This document shows positions 63,101-64,000 of a stretch of 64,000 nucleotides of DNA, one piece after another. This DNA comes from Candidatus Omnitrophota bacterium. GTDB taxonomy: Bacteria > Omnitrophota > Gorgyraeia > Gygaellales > Profunditerraquicolaceae. A program made the translations under genes and the position numbers. The DNA lies in NCBI GenBank assembly GCA_041649115.1, contig JBAZNT010000007.1, forward strand, positions 16,046 through 80,045. The letters run 5' to 3'. The notes under the pieces are model-generated. The model was not told where the DNA came from. It worked only from the letters and a program-made list of their open reading frames with translations, and did not search any database. Within the stretch, counting starts at the first letter, position 1. Each line of letters begins with the position of its first letter.

Positions 63101-64000
63101 CTATCCCTGTGCGCCTGAACCTATCTTTGGCTTCATCTTATGCCAGGGGGTATTCTGCTCGTAGGCATAAGCCGCCCTGAAAAGCGTCTCCTCCGCAAAT
63201 GGCCTGGCTAAAAGCTGTAATCCTACCGGCAGCCCGCTCTTGGCAAAACCGCAGGGGACCGAGATCGCCGGTATCCCTGCCAGGTTGGCGGAGATGGTAT
63301 AAATATCGGAAAGGTACATCTTCAGGGGGTCCTCCGCTTTTTCCCCGAGACTAAAAGCCGCGGTGGGAGAAGTAGGAGTCAAGATGCAGTCAAAATCCTC
63401 AAACACCCTGTCAAAATCCTGTTTGATCAACGTCCTTACCTTAAGCGCGCGCAGATAGTAGGCATCGTAGTAGCCGTGAGAGAGGACAAACGTCCCCAGT
63501 ATAATCCTTCTTTTAGCCTCCTGCCCAAAGCCATTCCCGCGCGTGCGGCAATACATATCAAGAAGCCCCCCGGAACCGCCCTTATCGGAAATCCGTAACC
63601 CGTATTGAACCCCGTCAAAACGCGCAAGATTGGAGCTCGCCTCGGCAGTAGCGATAATGTAATAGACAGGAACGGCATACTCGGTATGCGGAAGAGAGAC
63701 CTCGCGGCAGTCCGCGCCAAGTTCCCTGAGCTTAGCGATAGAGTCTTCTACGATCTTTTTTACCTCGGGGTCTATGCCTTCGACAAAGTATTCCCTGGGC
63801 ATGCCGATCTTCATGCCCTTGATATCATCCCCCAGCGCCCGGGCATAATCCGGCACGGCAACATCAACGGAAGTTGAATCGCCGGGGTCGTAACCGGATA
63901 TCACGCCCATCAACAGCGCCGCATCCTTAACATCCTTGGCAATGGGCCCTATCTGGTCAAGGCTGGAGGCGAAGGCAATCAAGCCAAACCTGGAAACCCT
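63101..64000 (-). CDS. gatA: Asp/Glu-tRNA amidotransferase subunit A (C-terminal part; gene continues past the window end)
   Basis: The frame stays open to nt 64000 ([19 protein letters not shown]), the amidase signature region. The TTG start at 63982 in the track is internal. Confidence 0.9.
   Translation of the reverse strand, partial: RVSRFGLIAFASSLDQIGPIAKDVKDAALLMGVISGYDPGDSTSVDVAVPDYARALGDDIKGMKIGMPREYFVEGIDPEVKKIVEDSIAKLRELGADCREVSLPHTEYAVPVYYIIATAEASSNLARFDGVQYGLRISDKGGSGGLLDMYCRTRGNGFGQEAKRRIILGTFVLSHGYYDAYYLRALKVRTLIKQDFDRVFEDFDCILTPTSPTAAFSLGEKAEDPLKMYLSDIYTISANLAGIPAISVPCGFAKSGLPVGLQLLARPFAEETLFRAAYAYEQNTPWHKMKPKIGSGAQG

Noticed and set aside
1-64000. Looked for defence systems, toxin-antitoxin pairs, integrases, transposases, prophage genes, CRISPR arrays and rRNA genes.
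   Set aside because: None were recognisable. All larger ORFs have housekeeping or plausible cellular assignments. The only mobile-type genes are the group I intron and the LAGLIDADG-like ORF.

Overview
This is a very compact bacterial chromosomal segment. About 65 protein genes and 5 tRNA genes are present, and all but two protein genes are on the minus strand. Many start and stop codons overlap by 1-4 nt.

Most of the content is housekeeping:
- Translation: aspS, hisS, valS, gatA/gatB, tilS, tsaD.
- Replication and repair: dnaE, uvrB.
- Chaperones: groES-groEL behind a perfect CIRCE operator.
- Nucleotide metabolism: a guaB-like gene with guaA, and a thyA-like gene.
- Cofactors: nadC, coaX, coaB, pdxJ, acpS, folP, and thi4 behind a TPP riboswitch.
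- Aspartate-family amino-acid biosynthesis: lysC, hom, thrC, an apgM-like putative homoserine kinase, and cimA.
- Other: ftsH, cdaA, and a corrinoid Fe-S protein / methyltransferase module of the Wood-Ljungdahl pathway (acsC, RACo, cooC, acsD, acsE) without CODH/ACS catalytic subunits.

The gene content (anaerobic C1 module, three stand-alone PilZ proteins, archaeal-type enzymes) suggests an uncultivated anaerobe. That is inference only.

I saw no CRISPR array, integrase, transposase, prophage or recognisable defence system.

Two loci look most unusual:
1. A tRNA island at 36.4-37.9 kb. tRNA-Tyr(GUA) is split in its anticodon by a 198-nt ORF-less group I intron. A free-standing LAGLIDADG-like endonuclease gene abuts and reads into the tRNA 5' exon. 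tRNA-Gly and tRNA-Thr are each followed by a related hairpin element and a duplicated copy of their own 3' end, placed just upstream of the next protein start codon.
2. A roughly 315-nt leader at 15.65-15.99 kb. It carries two copies of a conserved structured motif, the first followed by an intrinsic terminator and the second overlapping the ribosome-binding site of a secreted repeat protein. It does not match any riboswitch class I can recall.

Smaller oddities:
- An AspRS that precisely lacks the GAD domain.
- A 45-codon CdaR stub after cdaA.
- A bactofilin-HTH fusion next to a membrane-anchored HTH protein.
- A tRNA(CAU) with an apparent A19:U56 elbow covariation.
- PilZ genes translationally coupled to housekeeping operons.
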